Below, piece after piece: positions 20,007 to 29,148 of a DNA stretch of 64,000 nucleotides. The position numbers and the translations under genes are program-made. Each line of letters begins with the position of its first letter. The stretch's first letter is position 1. Source of the DNA: Patescibacteria group bacterium (GTDB taxonomy: Bacteria > Patescibacteriota > Patescibacteriia > Buchananbacterales > UBA6539). The DNA is taken from the NCBI GenBank assembly GCA_041662625.1, contig JBAZSB010000001.1:471093-535092 (forward strand), given 5' to 3'. The notes under the pieces were generated by a model. The model made no database searches and was not told the origin of the DNA. It saw nothing but the letters and a program-made list of their open reading frames with translations.

Positions 20007-20101
20007 AAAATGGCAAATTTTAACGAATAAAGGCTACCTTATTCTACCGCTAAAGCCATTTTTGGTCAAAACCGTGATTATTTTAAAATCTGGTTAAAAC
20101 A

Positions 20102-20130
20102 TTGACAAAATTATAGAAATATGCTATAGT
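20102..20130 (+). promoter_or_regulatory. Near-consensus sigma-70 promoter (TTGACA-17nt-TATAGT) at the start of the GC-rich segment. A leader hairpin TATCTCTTGGCGCAAGAGATA follows at ~20137-20157.
   Basis: Hexamers and spacing read directly from the sequence. Confidence 0.45.
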
Positions 20131-20206
20131 GTAATGTATCTCTTGGCGCAAGAGATAGGGCTGCGAAAGAATTGGCAAACCACACAAATGTGAAAGGAGA
20201 CTTGAC

Positions 20207-20599
20207 ATGTGGTGGAAGCTGTTCATTCGTAGCTGTATCGGATCCTTGATTTTGGCTCTTGTAGCCGGCCTGATCGCCACGCGATTGGGTGATAGCAGCA
20301 GAGCTGGCTTAATTGCCAAGTACGTCTGCTGGCTGGGAATCGGGATCCCAAGTGCCATCTGCATCATAGTGGCTGTACGCCAGTTCATGGTTTCCATGAT
20401 TACTGGGATACACCGCCTGATAAAAGGGCACTCGCAATTCATTGGCGGACTACTGGTCGTCTTTGGTTTCGGCATCGCCGCTGGCCTTGGGGGCGCGGAG
20501 ACTGACTACGACAGTGTTCTGCCAAATATCATCGCCGGCCTTGTCGGACTGGCAATGATGTTCCTCGGGACTAAGCTGTTGCAAAACAGCAAAGTCTAG
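20207..20599 (+). CDS. GC-rich (~52%) small membrane protein, 4 TM, unknown function
   Basis: 130 aa with a strong SD AAAGGAGA 7 nt upstream. Its composition contrasts with the ~35% GC neighbours. Confidence 0.5.
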   Translation: MWWKLFIRSCIGSLILALVAGLIATRLGDSSRAGLIAKYVCWLGIGIPSAICIIVAVRQFMVSMITGIHRLIKGHSQFIGGLLVVFGFGIAAGLGGAETDYDSVLPNIIAGLVGLAMMFLGTKLLQNSKV

Positions 20600-20621
20600 G
20601 TACCCACAACCGACATCATCG

Positions 20622-20690
20622 AGGCCGCTTGCTTGGTCACCTCCCTCCTTACGGGTGACTTCTCAAAGCGGCCTCGCCTTTTTTTATTTA
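20622..20690 (+). terminator. Rho-independent terminator (GAGGCCGCTT...AAGCGGCCTC stem + T-run)
   Basis: GC-rich hairpin followed by TTTTTTTATTT. Confidence 0.55.
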
Positions 20691-20800
20691 CTTATCTTTT
20701 TTAAAAGATTATAATATAAGTAGAGGTCATTCATAGTCCATATCATCTGTTCTCCTCTGATAAAGGCCTGATTATCATCATCGGGCAAAGGAGGTGTCAG

Positions 20801-21151
20801 ATGACAACTTACTCTTTTGGCGGTGTAGCCAAAGAAAAAGAACCGAAACAAAGCTGCATCGAGGATGTTGTAGCTAGGCACCGAAATGGCAAAGGAGATC
20901 AAGCCGATCTAGAGGCTGCTCTGAAAGATTTGAAGACGCTTTGCGTCTTTGAACCTTCACTCCAGGAAAAAACCGGCCCGAACAAAACGTTGATAGTCGA
21001 TGTCCCGCTACGGCGGTTAACACTGGAGCAACTTCGGGCAATACTGATCGGCAACAAAGCTGAAATCCGGTTTGGATTTCTGTGGTTAGGGAAACTGACG
21101 ATAAGTAAGAAATCGGTGGTCTACCGCCGAGTTCGTTCCTTGCGCCACTAG
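20801..21151 (+). CDS. GC-rich soluble hypothetical protein
   Basis: 116 aa. SD AAGGAGGT, an upstream TATAAT, and a downstream hairpin GCGACAAAATTGACTTAA..TTAAGTCAATTCTGTCGC + T-run (~21155-21210). Confidence 0.45.
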   Translation: MTTYSFGGVAKEKEPKQSCIEDVVARHRNGKGDQADLEAALKDLKTLCVFEPSLQEKTGPNKTLIVDVPLRRLTLEQLRAILIGNKAEIRFGFLWLGKLTISKKSVVYRRVRSLRH

Positions 21152-21286
21152 CTTTCCCGGCGACAAAATTGACTTAAAGCGATGACTTAAGTCAATTCTG
21201 TCGCTTTTTCTTTAAAGATAATATAACTGCTGGCTGACTACTTACCGGGTTGATTTTTTGTTTGAAACTATCTAGACTGAAATATA

Positions 21287-21415
21287 CGGGCTGTAGCGCA
21301 GCTGCCCCGATGTCCGCCTTTGGCGGAATCGGGATCCCGACATTGCCAAAGGCAATCGTCGGGAGCTAGCGCGCATCGTTGGGCCTGCCCGCGTTGCTTT
21401 CACTGCGGGGTTAAA
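21287..21415 (+). other. tRNA-like 5' half. It has an acceptor strand CGGGCTG, a D-arm GCGC/GCGC with a ~58-nt structured insertion in the D-loop, and an anticodon-stem-like CATCG followed by TTGGGCC.
   Basis: It is closely similar to the 5' half of the adjacent tRNA-Pro (TAGCGCAGCTGG...CTAGCGCGCATCGTT) but has no matching 3' half nearby. Confidence 0.35.
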
Positions 21416-21441
21416 ATTAGAAATCTAAAACCGTTCTGAGT

Positions 21442-21515
21442 CGGGGTATAGCGCAGCTGGCTAGCGCGCATCGTTCGGGACGATGAGGTCGCCGGTTCGA
21501 ATCCGGCTACCCCGA
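21442..21515 (+). tRNA. tRNA-Pro (anticodon CGG), 74 nt, no encoded CCA
   Basis: Hand-folded cloverleaf: acceptor CGGGGTA/TACCCCG, D-stem GCGC/GCGC, anticodon stem CATCG/CGATG, loop TTCGGGA, T-arm GCCGG-TTCGAAT-CCGGC, discriminator A. It is flanked by an 11-bp extension of the acceptor stem (CCGTTCTGAGT / ACTCAGAACGG) plus a T-run. Confidence 0.85.
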
Positions 21516-21554
21516 CTCAGAACGGTTTTTCTAAAAAAGCAATGCGAAAGCAGG

Positions 21555-21620
21555 CGGGGAGGTCGTGGGTTTTCCGACGTGAAGTCGGAATCCCGACCAA
21601 ATGGTCGGGACAAATCCCAC
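21555..21620 (+). other. tRNA-like 3' half. It has a variable-loop AGGTC, a T-arm-like GTCGG-GACAAAT-CCCAC, an acceptor 3' strand CAGCCCG, discriminator A and an encoded CCA.
   Basis: The 3' acceptor strand is exactly complementary to the 5' strand CGGGCTG at 21287. Relative to tRNA-Pro there are compensatory changes at two stem positions. Confidence 0.35.
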
Positions 21621-21972
21621 CAGCCCGACCAAATTAAATAACTTTAAATCATTTCGCTCAATTAGGCGATTTTTTGTTTTTCCCTGTAACAACTACCAAA
21701 ATCCAACGTCTAAGTTATGCTAAAGGGGAAAACAAACCCCAAAAAACAACTAAATAAAAATACAAAAATAACCCAAAGGCCTTAAAGAAAAATGCTTCTT
21801 GAAAGCTCAGGAGGACCCGCGCCGAGGTTATTAGCTTGTATACCTAATCACCAACTTAAACTTAACACCAAAGCAACAACCCCCAAACCTAGCACATACC
21901 TCGGTAAGCCGAGGTTATTTTTATCTGCCAGTCGATTCACATAACGTAGTTCTTTGAAAGGAGGTGGCAGTC

Positions 21973-22428
21973 ATGAAACCGAACGTAAGTAACGGCCATG
22001 CTGTCTCAGCAATCAAGCGACTGTCTGCCGCGCGTGCTGCCAGAAATATTGTGGGGCTCAACAGCATTTATCTGCTAACTCTAATCGTCACCATTGCCAC
22101 TCTGGCAATGTTCTGGATCGAATTTCTCTTCCCGAAGTATCACGTCGGGCTCACCCGCTCCTTTGTTTACTACAGTCTTCTGACTTTCTATGTAGTCTGC
22201 AAAGAAGCTTACCGGTGGGTCGGCTGGCACGGAGAGAAAAGAGTTGGCGCTGTATGGGTGCTGATCTGGTGGACTTCAACTTTCCTGATGGAAGTAATCA
22301 GCTTCCTGGGTCAGGAGCGGTTCACCCCCCTTGAGGAACAATATCTGGTGACAGTGGCAGTATCAGTCAACTTCTTGCTCTCGCGATTATCGAGATGTCT
22401 CTACGAAAGACGCCTGTCTAGGCGGTAA
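21973..22428 (+). CDS. GC-rich small membrane protein (3-4 TM), unknown function
   Basis: SD AAGGAGGT lies 6 nt before the ATG at 21973. The terminator GGAGAGAGGCTCCCCTCTCTCC + T-run follows at ~22440-22480. Confidence 0.5.
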   Translation: MKPNVSNGHAVSAIKRLSAARAARNIVGLNSIYLLTLIVTIATLAMFWIEFLFPKYHVGLTRSFVYYSLLTFYVVCKEAYRWVGWHGEKRVGAVWVLIWWTSTFLMEVISFLGQERFTPLEEQYLVTVAVSVNFLLSRLSRCLYERRLSRR

Positions 22429-22580
22429 ATCGCGAAGACCAAGAATTCCGGAGAGAGGCTCCCCTCTCTCCCTCTTTTATATCAAAATTAGGTTAGGTTG
22501 AAAAAATCACTTTAAAATCATACAATAAATATATCACTACGTTCCTTGGCCGAGGTTCAACAGAAAAGGAGGGCACCAAG

Positions 22581-22775
22581 ATGGATAAACCCAAGCATTC
22601 CAGCCATCACCGCCATACGCCCAAACCGACCTCGCCTCAAAAAGGAAAGGTCGTGAAAGAAAATGTCGTAAAACAATGGCTGTGGTTTTTGCTCTGGTGT
22701 TCCTGGTTTGGCCACAACATCAAAGGCTGCGAAGCCTGCCCCCGTTGCGGCCAATACCCCTGGTCACCAAAATAA
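22581..22775 (+). CDS. Small His-rich / Cys-motif protein with one TM segment
   Basis: 64 aa. SD AAGGAGGG. HSSHHRH N-terminus and CEACPRCG motif. A hairpin terminator lies downstream. Confidence 0.4.
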   Translation: MDKPKHSSHHRHTPKPTSPQKGKVVKENVVKQWLWFLLWCSWFGHNIKGCEACPRCGQYPWSPK

Positions 22776-22826
22776 AAGCACCTCTCCGCTTCCGGAAGGT
22801 GCTTTCGCTTTATATTTTTACATCTT

Positions 22827-23681
22827 TTATCTAAATTCTTTCAAGAGCTCGCTAATCTCCCCCTTTTTAACCTCTTGCTTGGCTAAAGGCAGCTTACTCA
22901 ATTGGGGCAACTGACTTTCATAGGTAGGACAGATGCTTCGATAAATTACACCAATAGGCAGTTTTTCTGTTTCCCCGGCTTTTTGGTAAGCGGAAAATTT
23001 ATCATCTGGCTTATAACCAACATCATCCAGCTTATAAACTTTAGCTTTATATTGCTCGCGGATATCTTTATCGTTGAAGATGACGCAGGGCTGTAAAACA
23101 TCAACCAAAGAAAAGCCCGGATGAGCAATGGCTTTTTTGAAAAGTTCTTTGAGATGAACCACTTCATCAGCATAACCTTGGGCCACAAAAGTTGCCCCAG
23201 CGGTAATGGCCACTTGCATACCGTTTAAAGGATATTCAATCAAGCCATCCGGCGTTGATTTGGTTTTTTCACAATGCTCAGTAGTCGGCGAGGCCTGACC
23301 GGTAGTTAAACTGTAGCGATGATTATTATGAATGATATAAGTGAGATCAACATTGCCCCGGCAAGTATGAACAAAATGATTACCACCTTCACCGTATCCC
23401 CCGCCGTCGCCGGAAATGGCAATGACTTTCAAATCATGGTTCGCCAGTTTAACCGCATAAGCCACCGGTAACGGCCGGCCATGAAGGCTATGAAAACCAT
23501 AAAGCTTATGCCAATTGGCGCCATTGCCGCAACAACCAATATCAAAACTCATTACCACTTGATGCGGCTCTAAATTCAGCTCAGCCAAAGCCTGACGCAG
23601 GGCGGTCCAAATACCAAAATTACCGCAGCCTGGACACCAGGTCGGCTTAACTTGAGTCATAAAATCAATATCTTTGGCCAT
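22827..23681 (-). CDS. 2-oxoacid:ferredoxin oxidoreductase beta subunit (TPP-binding)
   Basis: 284 aa. WCPGCGNFGI and GDGG TPP-binding motifs. Confidence 0.8.
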   Translation of the reverse strand: MAKDIDFMTQVKPTWCPGCGNFGIWTALRQALAELNLEPHQVVMSFDIGCCGNGANWHKLYGFHSLHGRPLPVAYAVKLANHDLKVIAISGDGGGYGEGGNHFVHTCRGNVDLTYIIHNNHRYSLTTGQASPTTEHCEKTKSTPDGLIEYPLNGMQVAITAGATFVAQGYADEVVHLKELFKKAIAHPGFSLVDVLQPCVIFNDKDIREQYKAKVYKLDDVGYKPDDKFSAYQKAGETEKLPIGVIYRSICPTYESQLPQLSKLPLAKQEVKKGEISELLKEFR

Positions 23682-23787
23682 ACTTTATCAATTTTTAATT
23701 TTGAATTTCTAATTTTGAATAAATTTCTAATAATTCAATATTCTAATATTCAAAATTGATTAAAAATTTAAAATTAAAAATTCGAAA

Positions 23788-25548
23788 TTATTTCAAGTTT
23801 TTAATCAGCTCGACCACTTCTTCCGGGAAAAACTGGGCGCCATTATATTTATTTAGTCTTTGGTCAACTTTGATCCCAGCCACTTCCTGCAAAATGTTGG
23901 CGAGCTGGCCATCATAATTATTTTCAATACAAACTAACTTCTTTACGCCTTTCAAAGCCTTCTGCAGTTTTTCTACACCAAGCGGCCACGGTGCGACCAA
24001 GTGCAAATAATTGACATCAGCCAAAACTTTCAACGCTTCCAAAACCGGACCTTTAACCGAACCCCAGCCGATCAAAGTCAGTTTGGCTGATTTGGGACCA
24101 AATAATTCCGGGGCCGGCAAATCTTTTAAAACACCGCCAAGCTTGGCCGAACGCTTTTCCACCATTTGATTACGAATCTGCGGGGTAAAGCCTTCAATCG
24201 TAAAACCAAGCTCATCATGCTCGTCACTGTTGGCCAAGTAAACTCCGCCTTTTTGGCCGGGAATTGAACGGGGTGAAACCCCGGACTTAGTGACTAAATA
24301 GCGTTTAAATTCAGCCATCTTATTCAGTTGCTCATCAGTTAATAACTGCCCGCGGTCAATTTCAACCTTGGCTAAATCCGGTGGCAGAATTGATTGGTGA
24401 CCTTCGGAAATATATTTATCCAGCAGAATAAAAACGGGAATCTGCCATTTTTCAGCAATATTAAAGGCTTGGGTAGTTAAATAAAAAGCTTCAATCGGAT
24501 CGCCCGGAGCCAGAATTACCCGGACGAACTCGCCATGGCCGGCATGAGCTAAATAGGCTAAATCACCTTGTTCTGTCCAGGTGGGCAGGCCGGTGGCCGG
24601 ACCGGGCCGTTGTGATTCAAAAATAACTACTGGTGTTTCCGTTATCCCGGCTAAAGCCAAAGCCTCAGTCATTAAAGCAAACCCGCCGCCGGAAGTGGCA
24701 GTTGCCGCTCTGACTCCGGCAAAGTTGGCACCAATTGCCATATGGATGGCCGAAATCTCGTCTTCGGGGTGTTTGACTACCATGCCGGTCTTTTGCTGCC
24801 AAGCCGCCAGGTTATGCAAAATTGATGAAGCTGGTGTCATCGGATAAGAGGCAAAAAATTTACAATCCGCTGCAACCGCACCCAGACAGGCCGTGTCATT
24901 GGAAGTAACAATAATGGAATCTTTATTTTTGCCTACTGCCTTAAGTTTATAAGGAAATTTCTCCGCTTCCAAATTAGCTTTGGCGTAATCATAGCCAAAT
25001 TTGGCCGCCGTAATATTCATGGCTACTACTTCCTCACCCTTACCGGCAAAAGCATCTTTAATTACTTCATTTAAAATTTCTAAGTTAAAATCCAGTAAAG
25101 CCGCACTGGCGCCGGTAATAATGATATTAGCCGCAATTGGCTTAATTTGGGCTTGGCTGGCTAATTTTTCCAAAGGCAACGGGTAAACCTTGACGCCTTT
25201 GGTTTCCCCGGGCTTAATTTCAAATTTATCGCTATCATATAAAATCACGCCATCAGACATCATATCGGGCAGACAATAATCAAAGGCCTCACGGTTTAAG
25301 GCAATTAAGAGCTGGGTTTTTTGGTAAATCGCCATTACCGGCTCCTGACCAACGCTAACCCGATAGGTTACTAAACCGCCGCGGATCCGGGAAGGATATT
25401 CTGAGCTGTCAAAAGTAAAAAGGCCGCCGCGAACACAGGCCTTAGTAAAAATCAGGCCAGCTATTTGCTGTCCCCCGCCGGCAATACCGCCGATTTTCCA
25501 GGTAAAAATATTGTTGTTACTATCTTTCATGCTTTTATATTTTAGCAC
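23788..25548 (-). CDS. 2-oxoacid:ferredoxin oxidoreductase alpha subunit with fused N-terminal gamma domain
   Basis: 586 aa. The gamma-like N-terminal domain (KIGGIAGGGQQIAGLIFTKA) is followed by an alpha-subunit pyrimidine-binding domain. Confidence 0.8.
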   Translation of the reverse strand: MLKYKSMKDSNNNIFTWKIGGIAGGGQQIAGLIFTKACVRGGLFTFDSSEYPSRIRGGLVTYRVSVGQEPVMAIYQKTQLLIALNREAFDYCLPDMMSDGVILYDSDKFEIKPGETKGVKVYPLPLEKLASQAQIKPIAANIIITGASAALLDFNLEILNEVIKDAFAGKGEEVVAMNITAAKFGYDYAKANLEAEKFPYKLKAVGKNKDSIIVTSNDTACLGAVAADCKFFASYPMTPASSILHNLAAWQQKTGMVVKHPEDEISAIHMAIGANFAGVRAATATSGGGFALMTEALALAGITETPVVIFESQRPGPATGLPTWTEQGDLAYLAHAGHGEFVRVILAPGDPIEAFYLTTQAFNIAEKWQIPVFILLDKYISEGHQSILPPDLAKVEIDRGQLLTDEQLNKMAEFKRYLVTKSGVSPRSIPGQKGGVYLANSDEHDELGFTIEGFTPQIRNQMVEKRSAKLGGVLKDLPAPELFGPKSAKLTLIGWGSVKGPVLEALKVLADVNYLHLVAPWPLGVEKLQKALKGVKKLVCIENNYDGQLANILQEVAGIKVDQRLNKYNGAQFFPEEVVELIKNLK

Positions 25549-25621
25549 AAAGGCTATAAATTTAAAAGGAGTAAAAAATAAAAAGCTGTTTAATTTCTTA
25601 ATTTATTAATTTTTTATTTTC

Positions 25622-26965
25622 TTAATACTGCAGCACCATCTTCGGTTCTTTGGTTTCTTTAAATTGATGTTTAACCACTTTTTCAATATTATAGGTGCCA
25701 AATTTAGGTGCTTCCAGAAAACCTTGGATAGCCGCCTCGGCAAACCAGCCGGAATTAACCCAGTCAAAAAGCCATTCATTACAATACCTTGGGTCATCTT
25801 GGCTGGCCGCGGCACCAATTGTCCTTAGCCAGGTCCGGTTGAATTCCTCTTGCGAACCAATCGGCGGGGCAATGATAATCGGCAAACCTAGGGCGGCGTA
25901 AAAACTAAGTTCTGACGGCTTAGTCCATAAAATATCAGTTGTCCGTAAAGCGGTGTTAAACTTTTTGAAATAACTTTCTTTGTTTTCGGCAAAAATTATT
26001 TTTACTCCTCTCTCAATTTCTTTGGCCAACCCCGCTGCTTTGGCGGCTTGACGAAAATAACGGCTCAAGCTGTTATGAATGCCGGCCACCAAAATCATCC
26101 GAATTCTTTTGGTCAAAATATCATTTTTCAAACTATTCAAAGCGGTTGTGCCAATCTCCCGTTGGGCGCCGGCACCGCCGACCGAAAACATTAAAGTCAA
26201 AGGATGATTGCTTTTAGGTGGCAATTTTTTAATCCCCAAATGCCGCTGGATTGTTTCCCGATCTTTGTCCCAGTATCTCTTTTTTGGATCTAAATTGATC
26301 AGCCGCTTGATTAGATCATCTTTTAAAACACTTAATTTGGAATTACCGATATTTTCCAAAGGTAAGGGAAAGCCGGTTAAAAATATTTTTTCTGTCCGAA
26401 CGCCATAAAGTTTAAGCCGTTCAACCACCCGGTAACTTGGGGCAAAATAATTAATCCGGCTGGCACTGGGATCTTTCGGCGCCCAGGCCCGATTAATATC
26501 ACTGTCGGTTGCCAAACAATAAATTTCTCCGGGATAATTAAAAACTTCGGCCATAAACGCGGGAATAAAAAAAGTGGCAATCAAAGGCACTGGCTTTTTT
26601 GCCAACGTATTAATCAAATGCTTGCCCCAACCTTGGCTTTCAATCAGATAGTAAATTTGCTTAACCTGCATGCTTAAATTAGAAAGATCACGTCGGGGAT
26701 AAAATTTTGGAATCTTTTGCAAATTATCATAAAACCTCCAGGCGGGTTGACCAACGAGAGGCAAATTTTTGAACCGGGACATAAATTCATAAAACTCTCG
26801 GCTTTGCCGCCATAAATTCCGGTCTTTGCTGGGAATACCCGGATAAGTATTGGCTGTGATGATCCGGTTTCTGTAAGCCAAATACTTTAAAGGATAAGCC
26901 GCCCTTTGGTGGCCATAACCCATATCAACAGAAACTACCCATGCCTTTCGGTTATTCTTCAACAT
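25622..26965 (-). CDS. Putative GT-B glycosyltransferase (MGDG-synthase / UgtP / MurG-like, GT28-type N-terminus)
   Basis: 447 aa. The N-terminal WVVSVDMGYGHQRAAYPL resembles the GxGHxxAA motif of GT28 enzymes. Confidence 0.45.
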   Translation of the reverse strand: MLKNNRKAWVVSVDMGYGHQRAAYPLKYLAYRNRIITANTYPGIPSKDRNLWRQSREFYEFMSRFKNLPLVGQPAWRFYDNLQKIPKFYPRRDLSNLSMQVKQIYYLIESQGWGKHLINTLAKKPVPLIATFFIPAFMAEVFNYPGEIYCLATDSDINRAWAPKDPSASRINYFAPSYRVVERLKLYGVRTEKIFLTGFPLPLENIGNSKLSVLKDDLIKRLINLDPKKRYWDKDRETIQRHLGIKKLPPKSNHPLTLMFSVGGAGAQREIGTTALNSLKNDILTKRIRMILVAGIHNSLSRYFRQAAKAAGLAKEIERGVKIIFAENKESYFKKFNTALRTTDILWTKPSELSFYAALGLPIIIAPPIGSQEEFNRTWLRTIGAAASQDDPRYCNEWLFDWVNSGWFAEAAIQGFLEAPKFGTYNIEKVVKHQFKETKEPKMVLQY

Positions 26966-27067
26966 ATTTTGTATAAATAATTAAGAAAATAAGAAATTAA
27001 GAAATTAAGGCTAAAATATGGCTTTAATTTTTTAATTTTTTAATTTTTTAATTTCTTATTCCTAGTT

Positions 27068-28381
27068 TCACCCTGCTTTAATTTTACCAAAAAATTGCCT
27101 TAAACAAAAGATTAAAAATAAAATGCCTAAAGGTACTAATTGCAAATTAACCCAGGCCAAAGCACTTAAATCATAAGCTTGAGCGGTCAATAAAATAACA
27201 CTATTATAAGCCAGAAATATCAGACCAATCATTAAAGCCAAATAACGCAGGGCAAAATTACGTCCACTAAGCTTAAGCTTAAAAAGAATAATTGCTAAAA
27301 TCACTGACCAAAGCCAATTAAAATCGCTGAAAGTATCGAGCCGATTACCAAGACGAAAAACCAGCCAGGGAAAAATTGTCACAACCGGCCAAAGCCAATA
27401 CAAAAATAATTGTTTCAGACGATATTTTTTCTTTAACCAAAAAACTAAAGTGGTGGCTAAAATGAAAGGAAAAATAATCCACAAACCATCGTTTTTAATC
27501 CAAAGACTAAAAGCTAGCGCAATACCCGAAAAATAGAAAAAAGAATTGCCGGCCCCGGCCAAATAATAAAAAAAGCTGGCAATGGTCAAAAATAGAAATA
27601 CCGAGAAAAACAAATCAATATAAGAAACTTGGGTATAGAAATAAAGCAAAGGTAAGCTGCTTAAAAGATACAAACCAAGCAATTTTAACCAACGATTGAC
27701 CTGCAAAGGCAGGGAAAAATAAAAAATTAACAGCAGCATCAGGTAATAAAAGACGCTGGCTAAATTAATGTAGCGATCTTCAAAACTGCCAGCAGCTTGG
27801 GCCAGCCAAACTTTAAAAATCGGATCAAAAAGCGGAGAGTTTTTACTGTCCCCAAAATCAAAAAAACTGGATTCTTCTAAGCTAGCAGTCTTGCCGGTAT
27901 AGATCACTTCCGCCTTAAGATTCGAATTATCGGAGGCAGCGAGGTCATAAACTGGAATATTAGTTATCCGCCAAACACTGGCTACTAGCTGAGCTAAGAT
28001 TATCAAAATTAAAATGCCTAAGGCCAATTGCTGCCCTTTTGACCAATGAAAAAAACTTTTAATTTGTTTAGTCAAAAATGGCTTTAATCTTTTCAAGTTG
28101 GGCCAAGGAATTTTACGTTCAAAAATAAAAATCACCAGGCCAAAACCAAATATTTGGCCAACCGCCGAGTAGACAAAGACCCAAGGTGCCAGTTCAAAAC
28201 CGCCAAAAACATTAGTAGCAAAAACATCGAGGGTAAAGCCAACCAGGCCAATCAGCCAGCCGGTAAAAAACTTAAAGCCAAAACTAAAATTTTTTGATCG
28301 ATCAATTAAATAAATCAAAAGGTAGCCGCGCGGCCAAATCAGGCAAATTGCCAAAATTATTTTTAACCAAACCCAAATCAT
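27068..28381 (-). CDS. Large polytopic membrane protein (possible GT-C-like or polymerase-like), unknown function
   Basis: 437 aa with >10 TM helices. Confidence 0.4.
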   Translation of the reverse strand: MIWVWLKIILAICLIWPRGYLLIYLIDRSKNFSFGFKFFTGWLIGLVGFTLDVFATNVFGGFELAPWVFVYSAVGQIFGFGLVIFIFERKIPWPNLKRLKPFLTKQIKSFFHWSKGQQLALGILILIILAQLVASVWRITNIPVYDLAASDNSNLKAEVIYTGKTASLEESSFFDFGDSKNSPLFDPIFKVWLAQAAGSFEDRYINLASVFYYLMLLLIFYFSLPLQVNRWLKLLGLYLLSSLPLLYFYTQVSYIDLFFSVFLFLTIASFFYYLAGAGNSFFYFSGIALAFSLWIKNDGLWIIFPFILATTLVFWLKKKYRLKQLFLYWLWPVVTIFPWLVFRLGNRLDTFSDFNWLWSVILAIILFKLKLSGRNFALRYLALMIGLIFLAYNSVILLTAQAYDLSALAWVNLQLVPLGILFLIFCLRQFFGKIKAG

Positions 28382-28550
28382 TTTTCTCTAAAAATTTGTT
28401 AATACATAAAGCCTTGCAAGAAGGCTGCTCAAAACTACTAAAATTCACTTGATCATACTTTCATTTTACCTGATTTTTCCCAATAAAAAAAGGAGTCAAA
28501 CGCCCTCGCCACCAATTCGACTCCAATGTGCTCAAAATTGCTAGTTTGTC

Positions 28551-29036
28551 CTAGCCGCCCCGCCGCTTGGCCGCCTTCTCCTGCATCGTTTTGATCTGAC
28601 CTTCAAGTAAGGCCAAAGGAACATTGGTGTCGGCGGCTAACTTCTCCGCCAAAATCTTGCGGCGCCGAGCCTCCCAAATCACTGCTCCCTGGAGCAAATC
28701 AAAGGGTGGCTTGCCTTCGTCCGCCCGTTCTTGATTGATAGGGGCCAAAACAATTATAGCTTCGATCATATCAGCGGCGCTAAACGCAAAGTCATAGCCT
28801 TGCGCTAAAAGACCCTGCATGACCAACAGCAGCCGGTCATGAAACCGGCCAGGAACAATGGCGGTACCCAGGACCTGCTCGGCCAATTTGACTCTTAGGG
28901 GGTCAACCCCAAGGTATAACCGCCAATAGTCAGCCGCGCTAAGACCGGCCTTCCTTCTTTTCGTTTCTTCAGTTGATGCAGCGGGTTGAGCGGCGCCCGG
29001 CACACCTTTATCTCTTCGAGACCAAGGCCAATTCAT
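28551..29036 (-). CDS. GC-rich (~58%) hypothetical protein
   Basis: 161 aa. Strong SD GGAGGAAAG 7 nt upstream. The composition is foreign to its surroundings. Confidence 0.45.
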   Translation of the reverse strand: MNWPWSRRDKGVPGAAQPAASTEETKRRKAGLSAADYWRLYLGVDPLRVKLAEQVLGTAIVPGRFHDRLLLVMQGLLAQGYDFAFSAADMIEAIIVLAPINQERADEGKPPFDLLQGAVIWEARRRKILAEKLAADTNVPLALLEGQIKTMQEKAAKRRGG

Positions 29037-29148
29037 CGGCTTTCCTCCACTGGTTACAAACTCCCTCCGTTAGTAAAGTATCTTAGCAGAAACTGAATTA
29101 CTTTTCAATATCGATAATCACCAAAGATGTTATGTGGGACGGGGGTTT

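Noticed and set aside
20083-20475. Minus-strand 130-aa ORF overlapping the GC-rich 20207..20599 gene, and similar antisense ORFs at 22557..22754, 41241..41777 and 45798..46149
   Set aside because: Antisense ORFs are expected by chance in GC-rich sequence. The plus-strand partners have SD sites, promoters and terminators, whereas these have none.
21287-21620. The ~330-nt RNA with tRNA-like 5' and 3' ends and encoded CCA as a tmRNA (ssrA)
   Set aside because: The 5' end has a complete D-arm, which tmRNA lacks. The acceptor stem has G3-C70 rather than the G3:U70 Ala identity pair. No resume codon or ...ALAA* tag frame is visible. A complete tRNA-Pro inside a tmRNA would be unprecedented. Kept only as a weak alternative.
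23682-23787. AT-rich spacers with repeated AATTTTGAAT words looked superficially like short CRISPR-type repeat arrays
   Set aside because: The repeats are not regularly spaced, have no unique spacers of uniform length, and occur upstream of unrelated genes. They are better explained as a promoter/operator motif. No cas genes are present in the window.
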